Positions 27,971 to 38,149 of a DNA stretch of 64,000 bases are shown piece by piece; position 1 is the stretch's first letter, and each line of letters begins with the position of its first letter. The notes beneath the pieces were generated by a model. That model was not told the origin of the DNA, made no database searches, and was given only the letters and a program-made list of their open reading frames with translations. This stretch comes from an uncultured archaeon (lineage in GTDB: Archaea > Aenigmatarchaeota > Aenigmatarchaeia > CG10238-14): positions 2,573-66,572 of the forward strand of contig CAYMPD010000003.1 of assembly GCA_964392445.1 (NCBI GenBank), read 5' to 3'. The position numbers and the translations under genes were made by a program.

Positions 27971-29028
27971 AAGTTTATTTTTTCATCTATCTTCAAATTC
28001 GGTGATCTATCTACTTTATCCAATTCTTTGACAAATTCATTTCTTTTACTTCTGTAATAAGCACAAACACCAATCATAGCAGCGTTATCAGTGCATAGTT
28101 CTTTGGATGGAGTTATTACTTTAACACCTAACTTTCTCATTGATTTTCTAAATCTTCTTCTTATGTAAATATTTGAAATCACACCACCACCTAGAATCAA
28201 TTGTTTAGGATTATATTCTTCAACCGCCTTTTCCACCTTCAGAATCAAGGAATCTGCTATTGTTTTTTGGAAGGATGCACAAAAATCTGGAACAATATCA
28301 CTAAAATCATCTCCATACTTTTTCTTGAGTTTCTTTATCTTAATGACACAAGCGGTCTTTAAACCAGAATAACTGAAATTATAATCCCTTCTTCTCACCA
28401 TTGGTATCGGGAGTTCAAATCTTTCTGGGTCACCTTTTTTCGCAAATTCTTCAATCACTGATCCACCAGGATAACCGAGCATTAATGGTCTAGCAACCTT
28501 ATCAAAGGCTTCTCCTACAGCATCATCCAAAGTTCTCCCGATCAGCTTGTATTTACCATGATCTTCCATCAGAACTATTTCTGTATGTCCGCCAGACACA
28601 AGAACACACATAATTGGAAATTTCAAATCATTTTTCAGATTACCGTAATAATTCCCTTTACTGTTCTTTGCGAGATTACTGTAAATATGTCCTTCCATGT
28701 GGTTGACGAGGATAAGAGGTTTATTGTATTTTTCTGATAATTCTTTAATTTTCTTTATCCCGACTTCAAGTGCAATAGCAAGCCCAGGACCAATAGTTAC
28801 TGTAAAAGCATCTAGGTCTTGGATACCAATTTTCGCTCTTTTCAAAGCCAATTCTATTACCGGTTCTATTCTTTCCTTATGCGCTCTTTTGGCTATTATT
28901 GGAACTACTCCTCGCCATTTTTTGTGAATATCAACTTGAGAAGAAACAATATTAGAAAGCACCCAATCGTTTTTGCAAACCGAGGCACTTGTTTCATCAC
29001 ATGAGGTATCTACTGCTAATATTTTCAT
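27967..29028 (-). CDS. tsaD: tRNA N6-adenosine threonylcarbamoyltransferase, bacterial TsaD-like
   Basis: MKILAVDTSCDETSASV start and VNHMEGH metal-binding motif match bacterial TsaD rather than archaeal Kae1; VSGGHTEIV; start chosen at the internal Met (ORF track extends 13 codons upstream). Confidence 0.75.
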   Translation of the reverse strand: MKILAVDTSCDETSASVCKNDWVLSNIVSSQVDIHKKWRGVVPIIAKRAHKERIEPVIELALKRAKIGIQDLDAFTVTIGPGLAIALEVGIKKIKELSEKYNKPLILVNHMEGHIYSNLAKNSKGNYYGNLKNDLKFPIMCVLVSGGHTEIVLMEDHGKYKLIGRTLDDAVGEAFDKVARPLMLGYPGGSVIEEFAKKGDPERFELPIPMVRRRDYNFSYSGLKTACVIKIKKLKKKYGDDFSDIVPDFCASFQKTIADSLILKVEKAVEEYNPKQLILGGGVISNIYIRRRFRKSMRKLGVKVITPSKELCTDNAAMIGVCAYYRSKRNEFVKELDKVDRSPNLKIDEKINF

Positions 29029-29029
29029 T

Positions 29030-29845
29030 TTAATCACTTGTTTTAGAAATGGTTGATAATCTTCCACCCGTCAGAATATTTGAGGACCAGTCTCGCTCTT
29101 TTCTAATCATTATTCTGAAACCTTTGTCGAGTATTTTTTTAGTGTATAAGTTCTTATCGAAGTCTTTAATTATCTTACTTATTTTGATTAATGAATCCAC
29201 GATCTCTTCCTGTTCACTATTTCCCTCAGCCTCAACTTTTATATGAATTGGCGCGAAACATTTAGGATCACTATTTTCTAAAATATAACAGCCTTCATAA
29301 CCCCCAATAATCCTGGATATAGTATCCTTAAGTCCAATTATTTCTTTTTGTGTGAATAGTAGGTTCTCATCGGGTTTAGCATCTTGGTGAAACGTTTCAT
29401 CATCTTTATACATCTTACTTGTTTCTACAACCCAAAGATGGAGGTATGCGACCGACATCACCACACAATGATTTTTATCACTTGGAGAAATCTTGTCTCT
29501 TAGTACATTAATGAACATTATAAGGTCATTCGAATCGAGATTATTTAATGTGGTTCTTATCATATCTCTGAGTAATTCTAATTGTTCTTCGTTTTCTGGA
29601 TCGAATTTAAGAAACGAGACTAATTTATGTTGTTTGAGAAAATAGTTGTTCGGGACTATTAAATCCGCTTTTGACTCCTCACCTTTAACTATTGAAGGCC
29701 TGTTGATGTTCGGGAATCCCGTGCAAATATTACCTTTGTACAATCCAGGAACTTCTTTATTTTTATACTGATAATCCCAAAAAGCTTTTTCAGCTGGTCC
29801 TAAGGATATTCCTAAGTTCTCGTAAAAATCTTCTATTTCTCTCAC
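29030..29845 (-). CDS. hypothetical protein in t6A gene cluster
   Basis: 271 aa, between tsaC-tsaE fusion and tsaD with 4-nt overlaps on both sides; no motif recognised. Confidence 0.4.
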   Translation of the reverse strand: MREIEDFYENLGISLGPAEKAFWDYQYKNKEVPGLYKGNICTGFPNINRPSIVKGEESKADLIVPNNYFLKQHKLVSFLKFDPENEEQLELLRDMIRTTLNNLDSNDLIMFINVLRDKISPSDKNHCVVMSVAYLHLWVVETSKMYKDDETFHQDAKPDENLLFTQKEIIGLKDTISRIIGGYEGCYILENSDPKCFAPIHIKVEAEGNSEQEEIVDSLIKISKIIKDFDKNLYTKKILDKGFRIMIRKERDWSSNILTGGRLSTISKTSD

Positions 29846-30918
29846 AATATCTCCTCGCTATATTCTATTCTCCTAACATTATCTTTTTTCTGATAATAAA
29901 ACTTAATCCAGATTAGATTGTAAGAATTTTTTAGTTCCTTTAATTTTTTAGACATCTTTTCAGCCCATTCTATCGCTATTATATTTGAACCTTTAATCAT
30001 ATTTTCAAAGCCTAATTCTACAAATTCTTCTTTTGGATCAAACATTCTATAAGTATCAACATGGAAAAACTTACCATCATTCCTTTTCAAATTGTATTCT
30101 CTTACTAAAACAAATGTAGGTGAAAGAATGGTTTCATCTATACTTAGAGCTTCTGCTAATCCCTTTGTGAAAACAGTCTTACCCGTGCCTAGTTCTCCTT
30201 GGAGTGCAAATAATATAGGTTTATCGTCATTTTTTTTCTCTTCCATGAGCCTTTTTGCTAGTTCACGTGTTCCACGTTCGGAATGTGAAGTAAATACCTC
30301 AGGTGATTTTAGGTTCACATCACCTTCACGCAGGATTTTAGGTTCGTTTAATGTAGTGTTAATGACAGTTGAAGGTTTGTTTTTGGGAAGTTCGCCCGCA
30401 TCTATGATTAGATCTATTAGATTTTGTTGTTTTTTGGATATATTATCAAGAATATCTTTGATCGTGTAGGGAGTTTTTTTGTAGGACATATTTGCCGAAG
30501 TAGCAGTGATAGGCTTTCCAAATTCTTTGATTATTCTTAGAACTAAATCATATTTCGGTATTCTTACTCCTAGTGTCCCATCTTCCCCCTCAACCTTATC
30601 CGCTAATTTATGCTTGCCTCGAGAAACCACTGTCATTGGGCCAGGTAAATAATTATCATAGATATTCTCTGAAGTCTCATTCAATTCTACATATTTTCTT
30701 GCCATTTTTTTACTATCTACAGCCACTGATAGCGCTTTACCAAATCTTTTCGATTTGTAGTCAAGGAGTTTATTCACGGATTTCTGGTTTGTAACATCTG
30801 CACCTATACCATAACAAGTTTCGGTCGGATAAACAACTAAACCGTCCGATCTTAGAATATTAACTGCTAAATCTATAACCTCTTTTTCATTATTTGACGT
30901 TAATTTCAATATTTTCAT
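29842..30918 (-). CDS. TsaC(YrdC/Sua5)–TsaE fusion protein
   Basis: N-terminal YrdC fold (VVYPTETCYGIGAD); C-terminal TsaE/YjeE P-loop domain (LQGELGTGKTVFTKGL, ILSPTFVLVREY, FFHVDTYRM, IEWAEK). Confidence 0.7.
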   Translation of the reverse strand: MKILKLTSNNEKEVIDLAVNILRSDGLVVYPTETCYGIGADVTNQKSVNKLLDYKSKRFGKALSVAVDSKKMARKYVELNETSENIYDNYLPGPMTVVSRGKHKLADKVEGEDGTLGVRIPKYDLVLRIIKEFGKPITATSANMSYKKTPYTIKDILDNISKKQQNLIDLIIDAGELPKNKPSTVINTTLNEPKILREGDVNLKSPEVFTSHSERGTRELAKRLMEEKKNDDKPILFALQGELGTGKTVFTKGLAEALSIDETILSPTFVLVREYNLKRNDGKFFHVDTYRMFDPKEEFVELGFENMIKGSNIIAIEWAEKMSKKLKELKNSYNLIWIKFYYQKKDNVRRIEYSEEIL

Positions 30919-30939
30919 TCACATAACCTCAGAAACAAT

Positions 30940-31266
30940 TCATTTACCGAATATTTCTTTATCCAGTCTATTGGATAAATAACTTTTTTTGATTAACTCA
31001 TCCATTGATAGTTTTTCTAAACCTTTTTTCAACCGAATTAAGTAAACTTGAAGACGGAAGGATTCGAAGCTAGAACCTTCTTTAACATCTAATAGACTAT
31101 CTAGGCGTTTAATAGAGCGGGAAACAGCCATAGGATAAATATTGAGAGTTCTAGATATTTCTCTGACAGTTAATCTAGCTTCTGGTGTTTTTGAAACTTC
31201 TTTTAGCAATTTTAGTACCATTAAATCATATTTTCTTTGTTTTTTAGAGACTTTTTTCTTTGTCAT
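30940..31266 (-). CDS. winged-helix transcriptional regulator
   Basis: 108 aa; HTH ARLTVREISRTLNIYPMAVSRSIKRLDS. Confidence 0.5.
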   Translation of the reverse strand: MTKKKVSKKQRKYDLMVLKLLKEVSKTPEARLTVREISRTLNIYPMAVSRSIKRLDSLLDVKEGSSFESFRLQVYLIRLKKGLEKLSMDELIKKSYLSNRLDKEIFGK

Positions 31267-31412
31267 AAAGAACCCTCACTTATGTTCAAGTTACACCTGT
31301 AACATATTGAAATTAGTCGTTAAACTTTAAATAACCACTATTCTTTTGATTCGGATTTAAAGTTCCAATAAAACTTAAAAACATCAATTGTTAATAATAC
31401 GTAAGTGTTCTT

Positions 31413-31955
31413 ATGAGCAGATGCCAACTATGTAACCGTAAGTTAAATAAGAGATGGAATTACTGTCCAAGGTGTGGGGCCGAAGTAAACAAAAAAATCA
31501 ATGTGTTCAATCTACTTCGAAGACAGATGGATATTTTGCGGGGATTAATGTTCAATGATGAATTTCAAGAGGGTGGGAACCAAAAACCTAAATCGGGCAT
31601 AACTATCCGTATAGATTCTAGAGGATCACATCAACCTCATGTACGAGTTTTCCCTGGAAATCCAAAATCAAAACCTAAAAAACCCAAAAGACCCAAGTTA
31701 AGAAAATTCTCAGGTAACATCATTGAACCAAAAGTCGAGAAAAAAAGATTGGCAGACCAACTAGTCTTCACAATACCATTACCAAATGTTAAATCCGAGA
31801 AGAATGTTGAGTTAAGTCGTTTACACAATTCTATTGAACTTAGAGCATTTGCTGGTGATAAGGGTTATTTCAAAATTCTGAATGTTCCTAGAAATCATAG
31901 ATTGGTTGATAAGAGTTTGGATGATGGGACGCTGAGTTTGAAGTTTAGTATTTAA
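31413..31955 (+). CDS. zinc-ribbon protein with Hsp20/alpha-crystallin-like C-terminal domain
   Basis: N-terminal CQLCNRKLNKRWNYCPRCGAEV; C-terminal …VDKSLDDGTLSLKFSI resembles sHSP C-terminus. Confidence 0.45.
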   Translation: MSRCQLCNRKLNKRWNYCPRCGAEVNKKINVFNLLRRQMDILRGLMFNDEFQEGGNQKPKSGITIRIDSRGSHQPHVRVFPGNPKSKPKKPKRPKLRKFSGNIIEPKVEKKRLADQLVFTIPLPNVKSEKNVELSRLHNSIELRAFAGDKGYFKILNVPRNHRLVDKSLDDGTLSLKFSI

Positions 31956-31989
31956 TCAATCTTATAACTATAAGTCACGAATTTATTTT

Positions 31990-32868
31990 ATGGTAACCGA
32001 ACTTCAGATAGCATTAATTTCTGGTATATCTGCAATGGTAGGTTGGGGGTTAGCAGATTTCTTTACCAAAAAGACGGTTGATAAAATTGATGATTTTAGA
32101 ACATATTTTTGGACGAACATTATTGGAATGATACCTTTAGTAGCCTATTTAATATTTAATTTTCAAATCCCAGACTTGAATCTTCTTACAGTTCTATATG
32201 TTTTATTACTTAGTTTTTTACCGACTTTTGGTATACTTTTGTATTTCCGAGGACTGAGTAAAGGGAAAGCTAGTGTTATATCCCCAGTTTACTCTACTTA
32301 TGCCGCTTTTGCAGTTTTAATATCTTTTCTGATTTTTAATGAAGCTATTGTTGGTATAACTTGGCTGGGATTGGGGATAATTTTTCTTGGGACTCTTTTA
32401 GCCTCATTCGATTATAACGAATTCAAAAAAATAGACTTCGAAGCTAGAGATCTAACTAAGGGAGTCAAAGAAACTTTGATAGCTGCACTAATAATTGGTA
32501 TTTATTTTCCCCTTTGGGATCAGTTCTTAGCCAATGATGGTTGGGGTTTCTTTCTTCTTCTAACTTACGTATTCCCTGTTTTCATATTGTTAAGTTTTTC
32601 TAAACTCAAGAAAAAGAAAATTAGAGTCAAAAATAAATCTCTTTGGAAGTGGTTATTAATTATTGGTATCCTTAACACAGTCGCATTCCTTTTTTTGATA
32701 TGGGGGTTTGAGAAAACAAAATTCACAAGTATTATATCTGTCATCTCCGCAACATCACCAATCATAACTATCTCACTTGCTAGAATATTCTTGAAAGAAG
32801 AGATATCACTCACTCAAAAAATAGGAATAGTATTAGTTCTCGTTGGTTTAGTAATAATATCAATTTAA
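31990..32868 (+). CDS. EamA/DMT-family transporter
   Basis: 292 aa, about 10 TM helices arranged as two 5-TM halves. Confidence 0.6.
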   Translation: MVTELQIALISGISAMVGWGLADFFTKKTVDKIDDFRTYFWTNIIGMIPLVAYLIFNFQIPDLNLLTVLYVLLLSFLPTFGILLYFRGLSKGKASVISPVYSTYAAFAVLISFLIFNEAIVGITWLGLGIIFLGTLLASFDYNEFKKIDFEARDLTKGVKETLIAALIIGIYFPLWDQFLANDGWGFFLLLTYVFPVFILLSFSKLKKKKIRVKNKSLWKWLLIIGILNTVAFLFLIWGFEKTKFTSIISVISATSPIITISLARIFLKEEISLTQKIGIVLVLVGLVIISI

Positions 32869-32904
32869 CCCTAACCAATTAATTCTTCCGATAGTAATCT
32901 AAAT

Positions 32905-35094
32905 GTGAATAAAATGAAAATAGACTCACTCCAAAAATATGATATACCAAACGAATTTATCGAGAAGTTCAAAGAACAAGGAATTGAAAAATTATATGAG
33001 CCACAAAAAAAATCACTGAAAAAAGGTTTGTTAGATTTCAAAAATCAAATAATCGCAGCACCAACAGCTTCAGGAAAAACACTCATCGCAACATTAGCAG
33101 CGATAAAAAAAATGAAAAAAGAGAGATCAAAAGTAATTTATCTAGTTCCACTTATTGCTTTGGCCGGTGAGAAATGGAATTACTACAGAGAATTGTTCAA
33201 GGGAACTGGGTTTCGAGTTGCCATATCTACAGGTGATCTTGACTCTACCAGTGATTGGTTAGCTAATTACGATTTAATCATCATGACCACCGAGAAATGC
33301 GATTCTTTGATGCGGCATGGTGCTAGGTGGATTAATAATGTGGGACTGATTATTGCTGACGAAATTCATTTGCTTAACGATTCTTCACGTGGCCCAACAC
33401 TTGAAATTACTTTAACAAGACTTCGTGAGACTGTTCCTAATGCTCAGATTCTTGGACTATCAGCAACTATCTCCAATGTTGATGAAATATCAGAATGGTT
33501 GGAAGCTGTGTCTGTGAAATCGGATTTTCGTCCGGTTGAACTACATGAAGGGGTATACTTTGACAACAAAATCCAGTTTTTTGGAAGGGATGATTACGAA
33601 CTTAAAGAAAGTTTGCCGCCTGAAAAAGCGATACTTGACAACACTGTGAACTTAAGGAAGCAGTCCTTATATTTTCTTTCAACACGGAGAAACACTGAAT
33701 CCCTTGCGAGAAGGTTGGGTAACTTTAACAAAAAATTATTGAAGAAAAATGAGAAGGAACAATTGGAAAAATTATCTGAGGAAATTTTAAATGTACTCGA
33801 AAAACCGACAAGACAGTGTAAAAAGTTAGCAAGATATATCAAAAATGGAATCGCTTTTCATCATGCTGGAATTCTAAATCGGCAGAAGTCTTTGATAGAG
33901 GATAATTTCCGAAAAGGTTTAATCAGATCAATCTGTGCTACTCCAACCTTGGCAATGGGAGTTTCGCTTCCGGCATTTCGCGTAATAATCCGAGATATTC
34001 AAAGATATTATTCTGGTCACGGGATGAAATACATACCTATTATTGAATACAAACAGTTTGCTGGGCGCGCAGGTAGACCAGAGTATGATGAATTTGGAGA
34101 ATCAATATTGGTTGCAAAAAGTGAAACCGATGCCCATAGACTTACTGAGACTTATATTTTTGGTGAACCCGAGGACGTTTATTCCAAACTTTCACTTGAA
34201 CCGATTCTTCGTATGCATACTCTTGCTCTTATAGCCTCAGGTTTTATCGACTCCAGAGAGGGACTAATGGAATTTTTTGAAAAAACTTTTTATGCTTACC
34301 AGTATGGCGAGATGACTGATATAGAACTCATATTAGATAAAATTCTAGAATTACTCTTCAAGTTTAAATTCCTTCAGCAAAAGAAAGACAAAATCGTCCC
34401 GACAAGAATTGGTAAGAGAGTATCAGAATTATACTTGGATCCAATAACTGCTCACCATTTCATAAAATCCCTTAGAAAAGCCAATGAGTCCACATCTTTA
34501 TTCTCTTTCATCCATACCATGGCTAACACACTAGAAATGAGGCCTTTACTTAGAATCAGAAAAAAAGATTATGATGAGATAAATGATAAAATAGTGAGCT
34601 CAGTTTTCTTGGAAAAAATACCCGAAGAGTGGGATTTGGAATATGATACTTTTATGAAAAGTGTTAAGACATCAATGTTATTCGAATTGTGGATTAACGA
34701 GGAAACCGAAGATAAAATACTTTCGAAGTTTCGAGTAGCACCAGGAGACTTATATTACAAACTGAAGAATGCTGATTGGTTGCTTTACTCTTTGAATGAA
34801 CTAACTTTGTTGTTGGGAAAGAAAAAAGTACTTGGTAAGATTCGGAAGTTGAGGGTGAGGATGAAGTATGGGGTAAGAGAGGAATTATTACCTTTGGTTA
34901 GACTCAAGAAAATAGGTAGAGTTAGGGCGAGGAGATTATATGACCATAATCTCAAATCAGTATCGGATTTAAGAAAAATACCTTTATCAAGTCTTTCAAA
35001 AATTATAGGACCTAAAATTGCTAACTCAATTAAAAAACAGTTGGGGGAAGATCATAAGGAGATTAAAGAACAAAAACAATTGACTTTGGGGTAA
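32905..35094 (+). CDS. hel308: Hel308/Ski2-type DNA helicase
   Basis: Walker A APTASGKTL; DEIH box ADEIHLLND; superfamily-2 helicase motifs; 729 aa with C-terminal HhH-like domain. Confidence 0.85.
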   Translation: MNKMKIDSLQKYDIPNEFIEKFKEQGIEKLYEPQKKSLKKGLLDFKNQIIAAPTASGKTLIATLAAIKKMKKERSKVIYLVPLIALAGEKWNYYRELFKGTGFRVAISTGDLDSTSDWLANYDLIIMTTEKCDSLMRHGARWINNVGLIIADEIHLLNDSSRGPTLEITLTRLRETVPNAQILGLSATISNVDEISEWLEAVSVKSDFRPVELHEGVYFDNKIQFFGRDDYELKESLPPEKAILDNTVNLRKQSLYFLSTRRNTESLARRLGNFNKKLLKKNEKEQLEKLSEEILNVLEKPTRQCKKLARYIKNGIAFHHAGILNRQKSLIEDNFRKGLIRSICATPTLAMGVSLPAFRVIIRDIQRYYSGHGMKYIPIIEYKQFAGRAGRPEYDEFGESILVAKSETDAHRLTETYIFGEPEDVYSKLSLEPILRMHTLALIASGFIDSREGLMEFFEKTFYAYQYGEMTDIELILDKILELLFKFKFLQQKKDKIVPTRIGKRVSELYLDPITAHHFIKSLRKANESTSLFSFIHTMANTLEMRPLLRIRKKDYDEINDKIVSSVFLEKIPEEWDLEYDTFMKSVKTSMLFELWINEETEDKILSKFRVAPGDLYYKLKNADWLLYSLNELTLLLGKKKVLGKIRKLRVRMKYGVREELLPLVRLKKIGRVRARRLYDHNLKSVSDLRKIPLSSLSKIIGPKIANSIKKQLGEDHKEIKEQKQLTLG

Positions 35095-35161
35095 TGGGCT
35101 AATTTGGCTATACTTCGAGCTTCGGGGGTTCGCGATCTGGGTTCAAATCCCAGTTACCCCA
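35088..35161 (+). tRNA. tRNA-like gene, possible tRNA-Pro(CGG) with aberrant D-arm
   Basis: Perfect 7-bp acceptor stem (ggggtaa/ttacccc); T-arm ctggg-ttcaaat-cccag; anticodon arm cgagc-ttcgggg-gttcg (anticodon CGG); D-stem forms only 2 pairs; 5' end overlaps hel308 stop codon. Confidence 0.45.
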
Positions 35162-35363
35162 CTAGAATAAAACCTACCTAAAAATACGAAAAAAAGAAAA
35201 AATCAACTTAAAGCAAAAATTGCCATACTAACAATACCAATACAACAACTAAAACAACCCAAACAATTTTGTTCTTGAGTAGTCCTTTGAAATCCATATC
35301 TACACCTTAATATCTTATTTTCGTTTCCCAGTTTATAACCTTGCTGTTACCCGAGAGAAGTAG

Positions 35364-35936
35364 TTATTTTCTACCAAAACTCAACCATCCCGTGTGCATC
35401 AAACCTTGACTCTTCGGTCGGGTAAAACCATATTCACTTTGCCATTCACGGATGATGTTCTCAATACATTGGATATTCTTAAAACCCACTCTTTTCATTG
35501 CTTCTAAAACTTCTTCTACTTGTTCCACATATGGTGAATAAACAACTAACCATCCACCTTTCTTCAACTTCTTGTAACCATCAGGAATAACCTTCTCACA
35601 GTTTTTCATGTCCAAAGTGATTAGATCCAAATTATCCTCATCAATACCTTTGAGTATATCCTTGTTCTTGACTTCAATGTTCTTTAACCCAGATTTCTCT
35701 ATATTCTTCTCCACGACTTTAGCGAACTGTTTCCTCTTCTCGTAGGTTACAACTTTACCATTAGGACAGTACCAGGCTAGAAATATTGCTAAGAAACCAG
35801 ATCCTGATCCTGCGTCAACTATTTTTGAATCTGTTGGTATTCCTGTTTTGGTTAGGATCATCGAAGCGTCTTCAGGCATGACTATTTGTGGGACTCGCTT
35901 GAGTTTATTTAGGATATCGTTAAGATTTTTCTCCAT
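35364..35936 (-). CDS. trmI: tRNA (adenine-N1)-methyltransferase TrmI/Gcd14-like
   Basis: SAM motif IVDAGSGSGFL; TrmI-like core; 190 aa (short N-terminus). Confidence 0.6.
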   Translation of the reverse strand: MEKNLNDILNKLKRVPQIVMPEDASMILTKTGIPTDSKIVDAGSGSGFLAIFLAWYCPNGKVVTYEKRKQFAKVVEKNIEKSGLKNIEVKNKDILKGIDEDNLDLITLDMKNCEKVIPDGYKKLKKGGWLVVYSPYVEQVEEVLEAMKRVGFKNIQCIENIIREWQSEYGFTRPKSQGLMHTGWLSFGRK

Positions 35937-35976
35937 GTTAACACTTTTTAGAAATACTTGTAGAGATTTAAATAAA

Positions 35977-36870
35977 TCACATATTCCTCAATCTTTCAAT
36001 ACGTTCATCAATAGGTGGATGTGTGGAAAAGAGGTTACTAGTTTTAAAATTACCAAATGGATTAGCAATAAACAATGGTGCAGCAGCTTTATTCACCCTC
36101 ATTTTACCTTTATTATGTTTCTTTATCTTTTCTAGTGCCGAGGCAAGACCCTCAGGATACCTTGTCAAAAATCCTCCGCTCGAATCTGCCAAATACTCCC
36201 TTTTTCTGGAAATAGCCAACTGAACAAGCTTAACAAATATTGGAGCGAGAATAGAGAAAACAAGACCAAGAATTAAGAGTACACCCCCTCCTTTTTTCCG
36301 ATCCCTATCTCTTCCACCACTAAACCACATACTTCTCCTAAAAACATGAGCAACAATAACTACCATCCCAACCATAACCGCAACTAATGTGGCAAAACGA
36401 ACATCATAATTCTTAATATGGGACATTTCATGAGCAATAACACCTTCCAGCTCTGCTCTGTCAAGAAGTTCAATCATACCTGTAGTAACACAAATAATCC
36501 CCTTTTCAGGATTCCTGCCCGTCGCAAAAGCATTAATTTCAGGAGAATCTATCACATAAATCCTTGGCGTAGGTATGCCCGCGGCTATTGCTAACTCCTC
36601 AACAACATTAACCAAGTATCTATGTTCCTTCTTGGTCGCAGGACGTGCATTGACCGACGCCAAAACCATCTTATCACTGTAATAGTATGAGAAAAACGTG
36701 AAAAGTATCGAAAATATACCTGCAATGATCACGAAACTATATGCTAATGATGGATTGTATATCTGTCCGATGGTATAACCAATAAAAATAAGGGAAAGAA
36801 AAACAACTAACATCAATCCTACGGACTTAATCTTATTTCTGGTTATCTCGTCTTGTATGTTTCTTTTCAT
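35977..36870 (-). CDS. htpX: HtpX-type M48 zinc metalloprotease
   Basis: HEMSHIKNYD (HExxH) between TM helices; N-terminal TM pair. Confidence 0.8.
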   Translation of the reverse strand: MKRNIQDEITRNKIKSVGLMLVVFLSLIFIGYTIGQIYNPSLAYSFVIIAGIFSILFTFFSYYYSDKMVLASVNARPATKKEHRYLVNVVEELAIAAGIPTPRIYVIDSPEINAFATGRNPEKGIICVTTGMIELLDRAELEGVIAHEMSHIKNYDVRFATLVAVMVGMVVIVAHVFRRSMWFSGGRDRDRKKGGGVLLILGLVFSILAPIFVKLVQLAISRKREYLADSSGGFLTRYPEGLASALEKIKKHNKGKMRVNKAAAPLFIANPFGNFKTSNLFSTHPPIDERIERLRNM

Positions 36871-36878
36871 CTAACCAA

Positions 36879-37421
36879 CTAAAAATCAACTTTAACTGGT
36901 TTTCTCTCTGTGGCTTCTATTTCTAAGTGTTTTTTCTTACCTTTTCCTAACAGACCCGCAAAAATTACTCCTGGAAAAGTTGTAACTAGATTATTGTAGG
37001 TCAAAATTGAGTCATTGTAAAATTGTCTGGCATAAGCGATCTTATTTTCAACCGCTGACAACTCCTCCTGAAGCATCATGAAATTTTCATTTGCTCTCAA
37101 TTTTGGATAATTTTCTGCAAGTGCGAAGATTGTTTTTAGTGCCCCTGCCATCTGATTATTTGCTTTCACTTTTTCTTCATCACTCCCCGCTTTCATCATT
37201 TTCTGCCTTGCTGTTGTAACTGCCTTTATTGCGTCTTTTTCGTGTTTCATGTAACCTTTTACTGTTTCAACCAAATTTGGAACTAGATCAACTCTTTTTT
37301 TCAGTTGTACGTCTATCTGTGACCAAGCATTGTCCACTCTATTCCCAAGTATAATTATCCTGTTGGCATAGTAAACTACCACTATAACAACCAAGACAAC
37401 CAGCCCTATTAACCAAAGCAT
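36879..37421 (-). CDS. lemA: LemA family protein
   Basis: N-terminal TM helix then LemA-like helical domain (…NAWSQIDVQLKKRVDLVPNLVETVKGY…). Confidence 0.7.
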   Translation of the reverse strand: MLWLIGLVVLVVIVVVYYANRIIILGNRVDNAWSQIDVQLKKRVDLVPNLVETVKGYMKHEKDAIKAVTTARQKMMKAGSDEEKVKANNQMAGALKTIFALAENYPKLRANENFMMLQEELSAVENKIAYARQFYNDSILTYNNLVTTFPGVIFAGLLGKGKKKHLEIEATERKPVKVDF

Positions 37422-37554
37422 GTTTTATCACACCCTCTTAATTATAACTAATTGATTTAATAAGTATATTAAGAATTGTTTTTTGTTCTTATTTTGAGTT
37501 TTCGTCCCTATAGGATATGCCGTAGGCAGAAGTTTAAAAATTTTACTTGTTCCT

Positions 37555-38145
37555 CTAATTCCCACTATCAACCAAAAACTCATCAGGTTTATAATCGAAC
37601 TTTTTCTCTCCCCTTTCCTTCATTATCTCTCTAGCGAGCAACCAATAAAGAAGAGCAATAGATTTTCTACCTTTATTATTAGAAGGAATAACCAATTCAA
37701 TGTTCTTAGTACTGTTAAAAGTATCACAAAAAGCAACAATTGGTATTCTTGAATTAACAGCTTCTTTCACCGACTGTCTGTCAGATAAAGGATCCGTGAC
37801 TAAAATCACATCAGGTTCTAAGAAATTATTATAATTAGGGTTTGTTAAGGTTCCAGGCATAAATCTGCCAACAATAGTCTCAGCACCGATTATCTCTGCA
37901 AACCTTTTAACAGCTTTATGGGCATTAGTTTTCTTCCCAACAACAAGTATTTTGTCATGTCTTGCGAGAAACTTTGCTGCAATCCCAACTCTTTTGTCAA
38001 CTAATTTAAGATTAAGAACAGATAATCCATCCCCCCTAACCTTGTAAATGAACTTTTTCATACTAGCAGTTTTCGACTTCATCCCTATATGGGTTCCTGC
38101 GGATAGATAATCCTCTTTGGGTATAAGAAACTTCTCTTCGGCCAT
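37555..38145 (-). CDS. rps2: 30S ribosomal protein S2 (uS2)
   Basis: LSAGTHIGMKSK…; archaeal uS2 length and pattern. Confidence 0.85.
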   Translation of the reverse strand: MAEEKFLIPKEDYLSAGTHIGMKSKTASMKKFIYKVRGDGLSVLNLKLVDKRVGIAAKFLARHDKILVVGKKTNAHKAVKRFAEIIGAETIVGRFMPGTLTNPNYNNFLEPDVILVTDPLSDRQSVKEAVNSRIPIVAFCDTFNSTKNIELVIPSNNKGRKSIALLYWLLAREIMKERGEKKFDYKPDEFLVDSGN

Positions 38146-38149
38146 TCAA

